Source: Sinorhizobium meliloti (lineage in GTDB: Bacteria; Pseudomonadota; Alphaproteobacteria; Rhizobiales; Rhizobiaceae). Taken from it: DNA of 32,000 bases. A program made the position numbers and the translations under genes. The stretch lies in NCBI RefSeq assembly GCF_017876815.1, contig NZ_JAGIOS010000002.1, positions 600,001 to 632,000 of the forward strand, written 5' to 3'. Shown piece after piece: positions 1-7,896 of the stretch. Position 1 is the first letter of the stretch, and every line of letters begins with the position of its first letter. The notes below the pieces were generated by a model. It did not search any database. It was not told the DNA's origin and saw only the letters and a program-made list of their open reading frames with translations.

Positions 1-165
1 CAACGAAATAGCGCAGGTGACGTAGCTCCATGGCATAGCCCTATCGATACATTGTTACTCTGGATCGAGTTGAACAATATATTGGACGTATCGCGGAGCA
101 AGCCGGTAAAGTCGTTGCAGAGAGGCGGAGGCACCGTCTCCGCCACGCATCTCGATGGGACACAC

Positions 166-1002
166 ATGCAGAAGAACTACTATTTTCCGGTAGGCGGCCA
201 TCCTCCTCAGACCAACCTGCTTTCCGACCGCGCCATCTTCACCGAGGCCTATGCGATCATTCCAAAGGGCGTCATGCGCGACATCGTGACGAGCTACCTG
301 CCCTTCTGGACGAATACACGGCTCTGGGTACTGTCGCGCCCGCTTTCCGGCTTCGCCGAGACCTTCTCGCAATATATCATGGAGGTCGGCCCTTCCGGCG
401 GCAGCAACCGGCCGGAGACGGATCCCCGCGCCGAAGCCGTGCTGTTCGTGGTGGACGGCGAGTTCCATCTGACGCTCGGCGATGAGACGCATCTGATGCA
501 GTCCGGCGGCTATGCCTTCATCCCGCCCGGCACCGAATGGAGCCTCAGAAACGAATCCGGTGCGCCGACGCGATTCCACTGGATCCGCAAGGCTTATGAG
601 AAGGTCGACGGGGTTCCCCTTCCCGAACCGATCGTTACCAACGAACGCGACATCCCCCCCTCGCCCATGCCGGAAACGGATGGGCGCTGGGCCACCACCC
701 GCTTCGTCGATCCTTCCGACATGCGCCACGACATGCATGTCACGATCGTGACCTTCGAGCCCGGCGGCGTCATCCCGTTCATGGAAACCCATGTGATGGA
801 ACACGGACTCTATGTGCTCGAAGGCAAGGCCGTTTACCGACTCAACAACGACTGGGTGGAGGTGGAAGCCGGAGACTATATGTGGCTCAGGGCCTTCTGC
901 CCGCAGGCCTGCTATGCCGGCGGACCGGGCAAATTCCGCTACCTGCTCTACAAGGACGTGAACCGCCATATGACGCTCGGCAATCCGGGCAGACTCGCCT
1001 GA
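166..1002 (+). CDS. allE: (S)-ureidoglycine aminohydrolase-like bicupin (AllE/YlbA family)
   Basis: ORF 52..1002 starts at a TTG. I trimmed it to the first ATG (166). It has two cupin halves. The C-terminal half (ETHVMEHGLYVLEGKAVYRLNNDWVEVEAGDYMWL...YKDVNRH) closely parallels the C-terminus of E. coli AllE/YlbA as I recall it. Confidence 0.75.
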   Translation: MQKNYYFPVGGHPPQTNLLSDRAIFTEAYAIIPKGVMRDIVTSYLPFWTNTRLWVLSRPLSGFAETFSQYIMEVGPSGGSNRPETDPRAEAVLFVVDGEFHLTLGDETHLMQSGGYAFIPPGTEWSLRNESGAPTRFHWIRKAYEKVDGVPLPEPIVTNERDIPPSPMPETDGRWATTRFVDPSDMRHDMHVTIVTFEPGGVIPFMETHVMEHGLYVLEGKAVYRLNNDWVEVEAGDYMWLRAFCPQACYAGGPGKFRYLLYKDVNRHMTLGNPGRLA

Positions 1003-1039
1003 TATTGCAGCCTGCCGTGATCCGCCATAGCTTGGGCGC

Positions 1040-3496
1040 ATGGCGACGCCTAAGCTGGAGGCCTACCGCAAGAAGCGGGATTTTTCGAAGACGCCGGAGC
1101 CGGTCGGAAATCTGACCGCCGGCGGCAACCGCTTCGTCGTGCACAAACACCATGCGACCGCCGACCACTACGATTTGCGGCTTGAGGTCGACGGCGTGCT
1201 GAAAAGCTGGGCGGTGCCGAAAGGTCCGTCGCTCAATCCGGCCGACAAGCGGCTGGCGGTGGAGACGGAGGACCATCCCCTCGACTATATCGACTTCGAG
1301 GGCGTGATCCCCGAAGGCGAATATGGCGGCGGTCCGATGATCGTCTGGGACAAGGGCGTCTGGGCGCCGATGGGCGATGTCGACGACGACCTGCGCAAGG
1401 GCGCCTTCAAGTTCCGCCTGGCAGGGGAGAAACTCAACGGCGGATGGATGCTGGCCCGTCTGAAGCGTCGCCCGGGAGAGGAGGACCAGCGCAACTGGCT
1501 CCTTTTCAAGGAGCGCGATCCGGCCGCCGACACATCGATCGATATCCTTGCCGCCCGGCCGGAAAGCGTCAAATCCGGCCGGCGGATCGAGGAACTGGTG
1601 GAGAAGCCGATGGCCCCGCCAAAGCCGGTCAAGCTCAATCCCGGCGCGCTTGCCGGTGCGGTCAAGGCCGCACAACCCGAACGCATCGAACCTCAACTCG
1701 CAACACAGACGATTCTCCCCCCGGAAGCCGAAAAGGACTCGAAAAAGCCCGAGCGCTGGCTGCACGAGATCAAGTTCGACGGCTATCGCACCATGGCCCA
1801 CGTGGCGGACGGAAAGGTGCGCCTCGTCACCCGCGGCGGGCTCGACTGGACGAAGCGCTACGGAGACCTGCCGGAGGCTTTCCGGCGGCTGCCGTGCCGC
1901 GATGTGATCATCGACGGCGAGATCGTCGTGCTGGACGAGACGGGGGTCAGCCGCTTCGCGCTGCTGCAGGATGCGCTTTCCACCGGCGCCGGCAACAGCC
2001 TCGTCTTCTACGCCTTCGACCTCCTGCATCTCAACGGCTGGAACCTTTTCGACGTCCCGCTCGAAAAGCGCAAGGCACTGTTGAAGCAATTGCTTGCAGG
2101 GCAGGTCTCAAGCCGCTCGGCGATCCAGTTCAGCGATCATGTGCTGGGTGAAGGGCGCGCGCTTTACGACCGGGCCTCCGAGATGGGCCTGGAAGGGATC
2201 GTCTCCAAACGCATCTCGGCACCCTACCGAAGCGGCCGGTCGAAGACCTGGACCAAGACGAAGGCTTTGAAGGCGGAGGATTTCGTGATCGTCGGCTACA
2301 CCGTTTCGGAGGCGGCCGAGGGCATTGCGTCGCTTGCACTCGGAGAGTGGGCCGACGGCGAGCTGGAATATCGCGGCAAGGTTGGAACCGGCTTCGACGC
2401 GCAGATGCTCAAGGAGTTGCTCGCAAGGCTCGAACCCTTGCGCGCCGGCGCCGCAAAGCTCGAGGGAGCGCCGAGGGAGATCATCTGGGTGCGGCCCTTG
2501 CTCCGGGCGCATATCCACTACGGCAACCGGACGACCGATAACGTCCTGCGTCACGCCGTCTTCAAGGGGCTCCGCGACGTCGAGCTGTCGACGCCGGTTT
2601 CCATGTCGAGAAAGCGCCTGATCTCGGACGCGGACCTCGCCGGCATATCGATTACCAACCCGACCCGGCGGCTCTTCGGCAAATCCGGCCCGACCAAGCT
2701 CGACCTTGCCGTCTATTACGCGATGATCGGCGACTTCATGCTGCCGCATATTCTCGGCCGTCCCGTTTCGCTGGTACGCTGCCCGACCGGCCGGACGCAG
2801 GATTGCTTCTTCCAGCGCCACCCTTTTACCGGCATGCCGCCTTCGGTCGCGACGTTCCAGGCAACCAACTCGGAGGGCGAGGCGAAAACCTACCTGTCGG
2901 TCGAGGACGCGAGAGGATACCTGGCGCTGGCGCAGTTCGGCGTCGTCGAATTCCACAATTGGGGGACGACGCGCAAGCTGCTCGGCAAGCCGGATCGCGT
3001 CGTCTTCGATCTCGATCCCGGCGAGGGCATCGCCTGGCGCGAGGTGGTCGAGGCCGCGATCCACATCAAGGCCGAACTCGAGGCGCTCGCGCTGGTACCC
3101 TTCGTAAAGACATCTGGCGGCAGGGGAGTGCACGTCGTCGTACCGGTCGTGCCGAAGCTCGACTGGAAGAAATTCCATCAGGCGACGAGCGCGCTCGCGA
3201 CCCGTCTCGCGGCCACCGCTCCCGCCACCTTCACCACCACCATGGGCAAGGACAACCGCATAAGGCGCATTTTCATCGACTTCCATCGCAACGCCCGCAG
3301 CCATACCTGGGCGGCCCCCTATTCGCTGCGCGCCCGCACCAATCTGCCAGCCTCCACCCCGCTCAGCTGGGCGGATCTGGAGACTATCGACGCTCCGGCG
3401 GATTTGAACTATTCTTCGCTGCCGGGCCTTCTGGCCACGTCCGGCGATCCCTGGGCCGATATCGACGACTCCGCGAGGGATCTGCCTATACTGTAG
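1040..3496 (+). CDS. ligD: Multidomain ATP-dependent DNA ligase LigD (phosphoesterase - ligase - primase/polymerase)
   Basis: 818-aa ORF. The N-terminus has the LigD phosphoesterase signature (KLEAYRKKRDFSKTPEP, FVVHKHHATADHYDLRLE). The centre is an ATP-ligase adenylation domain (WLHEIKFDGYR motif I lysine, EGIVSKR). The C-terminus is a Pol/primase domain (VVFDLDPGEG, KTSGGRGVHVVVP). Stop is TAG at 3494-3496. Confidence 0.95.
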   Translation: MATPKLEAYRKKRDFSKTPEPVGNLTAGGNRFVVHKHHATADHYDLRLEVDGVLKSWAVPKGPSLNPADKRLAVETEDHPLDYIDFEGVIPEGEYGGGPMIVWDKGVWAPMGDVDDDLRKGAFKFRLAGEKLNGGWMLARLKRRPGEEDQRNWLLFKERDPAADTSIDILAARPESVKSGRRIEELVEKPMAPPKPVKLNPGALAGAVKAAQPERIEPQLATQTILPPEAEKDSKKPERWLHEIKFDGYRTMAHVADGKVRLVTRGGLDWTKRYGDLPEAFRRLPCRDVIIDGEIVVLDETGVSRFALLQDALSTGAGNSLVFYAFDLLHLNGWNLFDVPLEKRKALLKQLLAGQVSSRSAIQFSDHVLGEGRALYDRASEMGLEGIVSKRISAPYRSGRSKTWTKTKALKAEDFVIVGYTVSEAAEGIASLALGEWADGELEYRGKVGTGFDAQMLKELLARLEPLRAGAAKLEGAPREIIWVRPLLRAHIHYGNRTTDNVLRHAVFKGLRDVELSTPVSMSRKRLISDADLAGISITNPTRRLFGKSGPTKLDLAVYYAMIGDFMLPHILGRPVSLVRCPTGRTQDCFFQRHPFTGMPPSVATFQATNSEGEAKTYLSVEDARGYLALAQFGVVEFHNWGTTRKLLGKPDRVVFDLDPGEGIAWREVVEAAIHIKAELEALALVPFVKTSGGRGVHVVVPVVPKLDWKKFHQATSALATRLAATAPATFTTTMGKDNRIRRIFIDFHRNARSHTWAAPYSLRARTNLPASTPLSWADLETIDAPADLNYSSLPGLLATSGDPWADIDDSARDLPIL

Positions 3497-3588
3497 TCGT
3501 TGAGGCGCGGGATGCAGGCGGAAACCGCATGCACTTTCCTCATCCCGCTCTGGCAGATGTGATCGTAGTGCCGCGTAGGGAGAAAACC

Positions 3589-4473
3589 ATGGCACCCAGG
3601 GCAAGTTGGAAGGGCTATATCAGACTGAGTCTCGTGAGCTGTCCGGTGAGGCTTTACCCCGCCACCAGCGCAAGCGAGCGCATTTCCTTCAATCAGCTTC
3701 ACAAGGACACCCATAACCGGATCAACATGAAGCCCGTCGATCCGGAGCTCGGCCTCGTCGAGCGTTCGGACCTCGTGAAGGGCTACGAATACGAAGACAA
3801 GAAATACATCATCATCGAGGATTCGGATCTGGAAAGCGTCCGGATCGAATCCAATCACACGATGAACATCGAGGCTTTCGTCGACGCCGGTTCCGTTGAC
3901 GTCATCTATCAGGACGCCCCTTATTACCTGGCGCCCGACGGGGCCATGGCCGAGGAAACCTTCGTCGTCCTGCGTGAAGCTCTGCGCCGAAGCGGGAAAC
4001 TCGCGATCGCCCGTCTCGTGCTGTCCAGCCGCGAACGGGTGGTGACCATCGGTCCGCGCGAGACCGGAATGTTCGTCTGCACCTTGCGCAATCCCAACGA
4101 GGTGCGCTTCGCGGCGGATTATTTCGGCAACATTCCGGTCGGCAAACCGGATCCCGAGATGCTGCAGCTTGCCGAAGCGCTCATCGAGCAGAAGACGACC
4201 ACCTTCGATCCGAAGCAGTACGAGGACCGCTACGAGGTCGCGCTGATGCAGATGATCCGCGAGAAGCTCAAGGGTCACAAGCCGATCATTGCGCAGGCGC
4301 CCGAACGCGGCAACGTCGTCAATCTCATGGATGCCCTGAAGGCGAGCCTTTCCCAGGCCAAGCCGCCCGCTCGGAGCAAGCCCAAGGCGGAGCCCGCAGC
4401 AAAGGAGCCCGCTGCCAAAGCCGCGGCGGCGAAACGCGTAACTGCTAAACCCGCGGCCAAGAAGAAAGCCTGA
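3589..4473 (+). CDS. ku: Ku DNA end-binding protein (bacterial NHEJ)
   Basis: ATG at 3589 follows a gggagaaaacc ribosome-binding site. The N-terminus MAPRASWKGYIRLSLVSCPVRLYPATS is a canonical bacterial Ku start. It has the Ku core and a Lys/Ala/Pro-rich basic C-terminal tail. The longer in-frame ORF from 2803 overlaps ligD and has Arg-rich shadow composition. Confidence 0.95.
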   Translation: MAPRASWKGYIRLSLVSCPVRLYPATSASERISFNQLHKDTHNRINMKPVDPELGLVERSDLVKGYEYEDKKYIIIEDSDLESVRIESNHTMNIEAFVDAGSVDVIYQDAPYYLAPDGAMAEETFVVLREALRRSGKLAIARLVLSSRERVVTIGPRETGMFVCTLRNPNEVRFAADYFGNIPVGKPDPEMLQLAEALIEQKTTTFDPKQYEDRYEVALMQMIREKLKGHKPIIAQAPERGNVVNLMDALKASLSQAKPPARSKPKAEPAAKEPAAKAAAAKRVTAKPAAKKKA

Positions 4474-5558
4474 TGGCGCTTGCCGGTCGGACATTCGGTA
4501 TCGTGGGCGCGCTCGCCGCCTTTCCGCGGCGGCTGGCGGCTCGCGAGGTCGAGCGCCAGGGCGGGCACCTCAGGCGCGGTGTCAACAGGCAGACGAAGTT
4601 CGTGGTCTTCGGGCGCGGGCTGCTCGCAAAGGCGTCCGAAGCAGAGATCGAGGCTCGCTTCGACAGCGAAAGCGGGCAGCGTCGGCGCGTGCTCAGCGAA
4701 AACGGCTTCCTCCGCCTGCTCGGACTGGCGAGCGCCCCGGAAACATCGGCGCTTACGCGGCAATCGCTCGTCGACCAGTCCGGGCTCTCCCCTCGCCACC
4801 TCGATCTTCTGTCGTTGTTCGACGCTTTCGAGCATGACGGCGAGCCCTATTCTTTCCGCGATCTGATCCTCGCCAGAAAATATGCGGGACTGATGGCCAG
4901 CGGCGCCGGCTGGGGCGCGATCGCGCGCTCGGTCCACCGCTCCGGAAACGTCGCCTCCCTCACCGCGCTCTCGCTGCACCACGAAGGCAAGGATACGATC
5001 TATGCGCGACGCGCCGAGGGCTTGAGCGAGCTCGACGGTCAATTGCTGCTCGACGTCGGCTCTCCCGACGAGGAGGCGCTCGAAGATCTCTTCGCTCAGG
5101 CCGAAGCGGCCGAAGAGGCGGGGGAATACGACCAGGCGGCCGCGTTCTACCAGCGCTATCTCGCCATCGACCGCACCGACGAGGTTGCAGCGTTCAACCG
5201 GGCCAACTGCCTCAGAGCCGCCGGGCGGGAGGCCGAAGCGGCGCATGACTATGCCCGCGCCATAAAGCTCGATCCTTGCTTCGTCGAAGCCTGGTTCAAT
5301 CTTGCCGGGCTGATGGGCGAACGTGGGCGCACGGACACGGCCAGGCGGCATCTGAGGAGAGCGATCGAAATCGATGGCGATTACGCCGATGCCATCTTCA
5401 ACCTGGCGAAGCTGGAGTTCGATGCCGGCAATCTCGCCGAAGCCCGCCGCTGGTGGATGCGTTACCTCGCGCTCGATCAGCATTCCGAATGGGCACGCGC
5501 CGCCGAGCGCGGCGTGCAGTTCGTGAACCTTCATCTCCTCTCCAGAACGGCTGGCTGA
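4473..5558 (+). CDS. BRCT domain / TPR repeat protein, possibly with a central MerR-like HTH segment; function unknown
   Basis: Its ATG overlaps the ku stop (TGATG at 4471-4475). Residues 1-85 (GRTFGIVGALAAFPRRLAAREVERQGGHLRRGVNRQTKFVVFGRG...RVLSENGFLRLLGL) match the BRCT pattern seen at the C-terminus of NAD-dependent ligases. Residues ~210-340 carry 3-4 TPR-like repeats (AAFYQRYLAIDRTD, AHDYARAIKLDPCFVEAWFNLAGL, RRHLRRAIEIDGDYADAIFNLAKL, ARRWWMRYLALD). GC3-rich codon usage. Confidence 0.75.
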   Translation: MALAGRTFGIVGALAAFPRRLAAREVERQGGHLRRGVNRQTKFVVFGRGLLAKASEAEIEARFDSESGQRRRVLSENGFLRLLGLASAPETSALTRQSLVDQSGLSPRHLDLLSLFDAFEHDGEPYSFRDLILARKYAGLMASGAGWGAIARSVHRSGNVASLTALSLHHEGKDTIYARRAEGLSELDGQLLLDVGSPDEEALEDLFAQAEAAEEAGEYDQAAAFYQRYLAIDRTDEVAAFNRANCLRAAGREAEAAHDYARAIKLDPCFVEAWFNLAGLMGERGRTDTARRHLRRAIEIDGDYADAIFNLAKLEFDAGNLAEARRWWMRYLALDQHSEWARAAERGVQFVNLHLLSRTAG

Positions 5559-5559
5559 C

Positions 5560-6201
5560 ATGAGCGGAAAATTCCTGTTCGACGGGCCGGGCGATGCGCC
5601 CGTCACCATTCTCCTCGCGCATGGAGCCGGCGCGCCGATGGATTCGACTTCGATGACGGCGGCCGCCATGGCGCTTGCAGGGGTGGGTTTTCGCGTCGCC
5701 CGCTTCGAGTTCGGCTATATGGCAGCCCGGCGCACTGCCGACGGGCGCAAGCCCCCGCCCCGCGCGGAAACGCTCAATCCGGAGTATCGGGCGGCCATTG
5801 CCGAGCTCGGCGCCCAAGGCACCCTCGTGATCGGCGGCAAGTCCATGGGCGGTCGCGTCGCCAGCATGGTCGCCGACGACCTTCATGCCGAGGGCAAGAT
5901 CGCCGGGCTCCTTTGCCTCGGCTATCCCTTCCATCCCCCCGGAAAACCGGACCAGTTGCGCACCCGACATCTTACCGATCTCAAGACGCCTGCACTGATC
6001 TGTCAGGGGACCCGCGACGAATTCGGCACCCGCGACGAGGTTTCGCGATACGCCTTGTCCGACAGGATCGAACTTCTCTGGCTGGAGGACGGCGACCACG
6101 ACCTCAAGCCGCGCAAGACAGTCTCGGGCTTCTCGACCGCAGATCACCTGAAGACGCTGGCCGAGGCGGTTGCGCGATGGGCGGATCGCCTCGCGCCTTG
6201 A
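5560..6201 (+). CDS. Alpha/beta-fold hydrolase (COG3571 / KANL3-Tex30-like family)
   Basis: ATG lies 1 nt after the preceding stop. 213 aa. A nucleophile elbow GGKSMGG, an acidic residue in QGTRDEFG and a His in EDGDHDLK give a visible Ser-Asp-His triad in the canonical order. Confidence 0.8.
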   Translation: MSGKFLFDGPGDAPVTILLAHGAGAPMDSTSMTAAAMALAGVGFRVARFEFGYMAARRTADGRKPPPRAETLNPEYRAAIAELGAQGTLVIGGKSMGGRVASMVADDLHAEGKIAGLLCLGYPFHPPGKPDQLRTRHLTDLKTPALICQGTRDEFGTRDEVSRYALSDRIELLWLEDGDHDLKPRKTVSGFSTADHLKTLAEAVARWADRLAP

Positions 6202-6208
6202 GCTCCTC

Positions 6209-6982
6209 ATGAAGATCGCGACCTTCAACATCAACGGCGTGAACAAGCGGCTCGACATCCTCTTGACCTGGCTCGGTACGGCCGAGCCGGACGTGGTCTG
6301 CCTGCAGGAGCTCAAGGCGACTGACGGACAGTTTCCGAGAGCCGCGATCGAGGCGGCGGGTTACGGTGCCGTCTGGCGGGGCCAGGCCGCCTGGAACGGC
6401 GTTGCCATTCTCGCCCGCGATCGTGAGCCGGTGCTCACGCGAACCGGGTTGCCCGGCGATTCCTCGGATACGCAGAGCCGCTACATCGAAGCTGCGGTGA
6501 ACGGCATCCTGATTGCGTCGCTCTATGCGCCCAACGGCAATCCGCAGCCCGGGCCGAAATTCGACTACAAGCTCGCCTGGCACCTGCGCTTCAACCAGCA
6601 TGCCGCCGCGCTGCTCGAGACGGGTGTGCCGGTGGTGCTCGCCGGCGACTACAACGTCGTTCCGGAACCGCGCGACATCTATCCGACCCGCTCCTACGAC
6701 GACAACGCCCTCGTCCAGCCGGAAAGCCGCGCAGCCTTCCGGAGCCTTGTCGATCAGGGCTGGCTCGACGCACTGCGCAAGATCCACCCGAAAGAGCAGC
6801 TCTTCACTTTCTGGGACTACCGCCGCAACCGCTGGCAGCGCGACGCCGGCCTTCGCCTCGACCACATTCTCCTGAGCCGCAAGCTCCGGCGCCGCCTGAC
6901 CGGCGCCGGCATCGACCGGGAGATCCGTGCGCTTGAAGGGTCGAGCGACCATGCGCCGGTATGGGTGTCGATGCGGGATTAG
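6209..6982 (+). CDS. xthA: Exodeoxyribonuclease III (AP endonuclease / 3'-5' exonuclease)
   Basis: ATG at 6209 is 7 nt after the hydrolase stop. MKIATFNINGVNKRLD...VVCLQELK, LAGDYNVVPEPRD and the C-terminal SSDHAPVWV are classic ExoIII/EEP nuclease motifs. 257 aa. Confidence 0.92.
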   Translation: MKIATFNINGVNKRLDILLTWLGTAEPDVVCLQELKATDGQFPRAAIEAAGYGAVWRGQAAWNGVAILARDREPVLTRTGLPGDSSDTQSRYIEAAVNGILIASLYAPNGNPQPGPKFDYKLAWHLRFNQHAAALLETGVPVVLAGDYNVVPEPRDIYPTRSYDDNALVQPESRAAFRSLVDQGWLDALRKIHPKEQLFTFWDYRRNRWQRDAGLRLDHILLSRKLRRRLTGAGIDREIRALEGSSDHAPVWVSMRD

Positions 6983-7709
6983 TTCCTGCACGTTTTGCAG
7001 CTTTCGCTGGCAGGCGACCGGACGGCCAGCTTCCTCCACCGGCGTGCCTTGCGTTTCTTCCACCAGATGATGACGCCGGTGGCGGATAGCATGGCGACCA
7101 GCGCGCCCATCAAGGTCATGGAGACCTTGAACGGAAGACCCCACACGGCTGCCATGTGCAGGGCAGTCAGCCAAGTCGTGACGGTATCGCCGGCCGCTTG
7201 CCCGGTGGGCAGGTAGATTCCGAGAAATGCGCCGCTGTCGCCATGGAAAGCGAGACGCGTATTCCCGCCTTCACGGAACTCACCCGCGTCACAACTCGAT
7301 GTCACGATGTCACGATGTAGGTGTAAACCGCGCCGAGGGTCGTACCCCGCCCAGTCTTCCCTTTCTACGGCAGATCCGCGTGCCTTGCGTGCTCGGCGAC
7401 AAGTCGCCGCGCCACGGCGAGCGCCTCCTTGCGATCGATCAGCGGCTCGTAGCGCGGCTCGGCGAGCCTGGGAACATGTTCCCGGAAGCGAGTGGCCGCC
7501 TGCGTCGGCAGGGGCGCCTTCGTCACCGGATTATAGACTTCTTTCAGATTGAGAGAGACCGAAGACCAGGCCAGCACGAACAGCATAGCCCAAACCCAAA
7601 GCCCGCCTGCGCGGTGGAGATCGAAGCTGGACTTGTGCGGCCCGCCATAAATCCGCAGCCGCCACGCCTTGCCCCATTGCCGCCGGAAGTTCTTGGCCCG
7701 CGGTGTCAT
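6979..7709 (-). pseudogene. PepSY-associated TM-helix (PiuB-like) membrane protein remnant: 5'-truncated, in-frame TAG, and frameshift
   Basis: ORFs 7365..7709 and 6979..7305 are consecutive parts of one PepSY_TM-type protein (FDLHRAGGLWVWAMLFVLAWSSVSLNLKEVYNPV ... LAFHGDSGAFLGIYLPTGQAAGDTVTTWLTALHMAAVWGLPFKV...GVIIWWKKRKAR). They are separated by a TAG at 7365-7367 and a frame change at an 8-bp tandem duplication (7297-7318). There is no N-terminal ~150 aa; a stop lies just upstream of 7709. Confidence 0.6.
7297..7318. repeat. 8-bp unit cgatgtca repeated 2.75 times (tandem duplication inside the PepSY remnant)
   Basis: Read directly: cgatgtca cgatgtca cgatgt. Removing one 8-bp unit joins the upstream reading frame (..GAVYTYIVT) to the downstream ORF (SSCDAGEF...). 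Confidence 0.9.
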
Positions 7710-7896
7710 GTTTAGTGACTGAAATTGCTCGCCTTAGCGTCCGAACGACTAGTCAAGGCGTGCGGGACTCCCCAAATCTGCATTCGCACTTTCTTGGCAA
7801 GACGTTGCTATTTTACCACAAACCAGGCGATCAACCACTAGCGGAAGCTCTCGCCGCAACAGCCTTCGCTGGATTCAGCTGCAGGAAATGTTCGCC

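Noticed and set aside
52-165. TTG start at 52 for the bicupin gene
   Set aside because: The first 38 residues have no counterpart in AllE-like proteins as I recall them and have poor coding character. The ATG at 166 gives the expected ~278 aa.
887-2089. Long antisense or alternative-frame ORFs throughout the window (e.g. 887..2089-, 2108..3604-, 4275..5669-, 12834..14336+, 17149..18228-, 17969..19099-, 18982..19650-, 21949..22875-, 27844..28614-, 29815..30732-)
   Set aside because: They overlap well-supported genes on the other strand or frame. They are Arg/Ala/Gly/Pro-rich with no recognisable domains. This is typical of shadow ORFs in high-GC DNA.
2803-3588. N-terminal 262-codon extension of the Ku ORF (2803..4473)
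   Set aside because: It lies entirely inside ligD in another frame and has Arg-rich shadow composition. A canonical Ku N-terminus with a good RBS begins at 3589.
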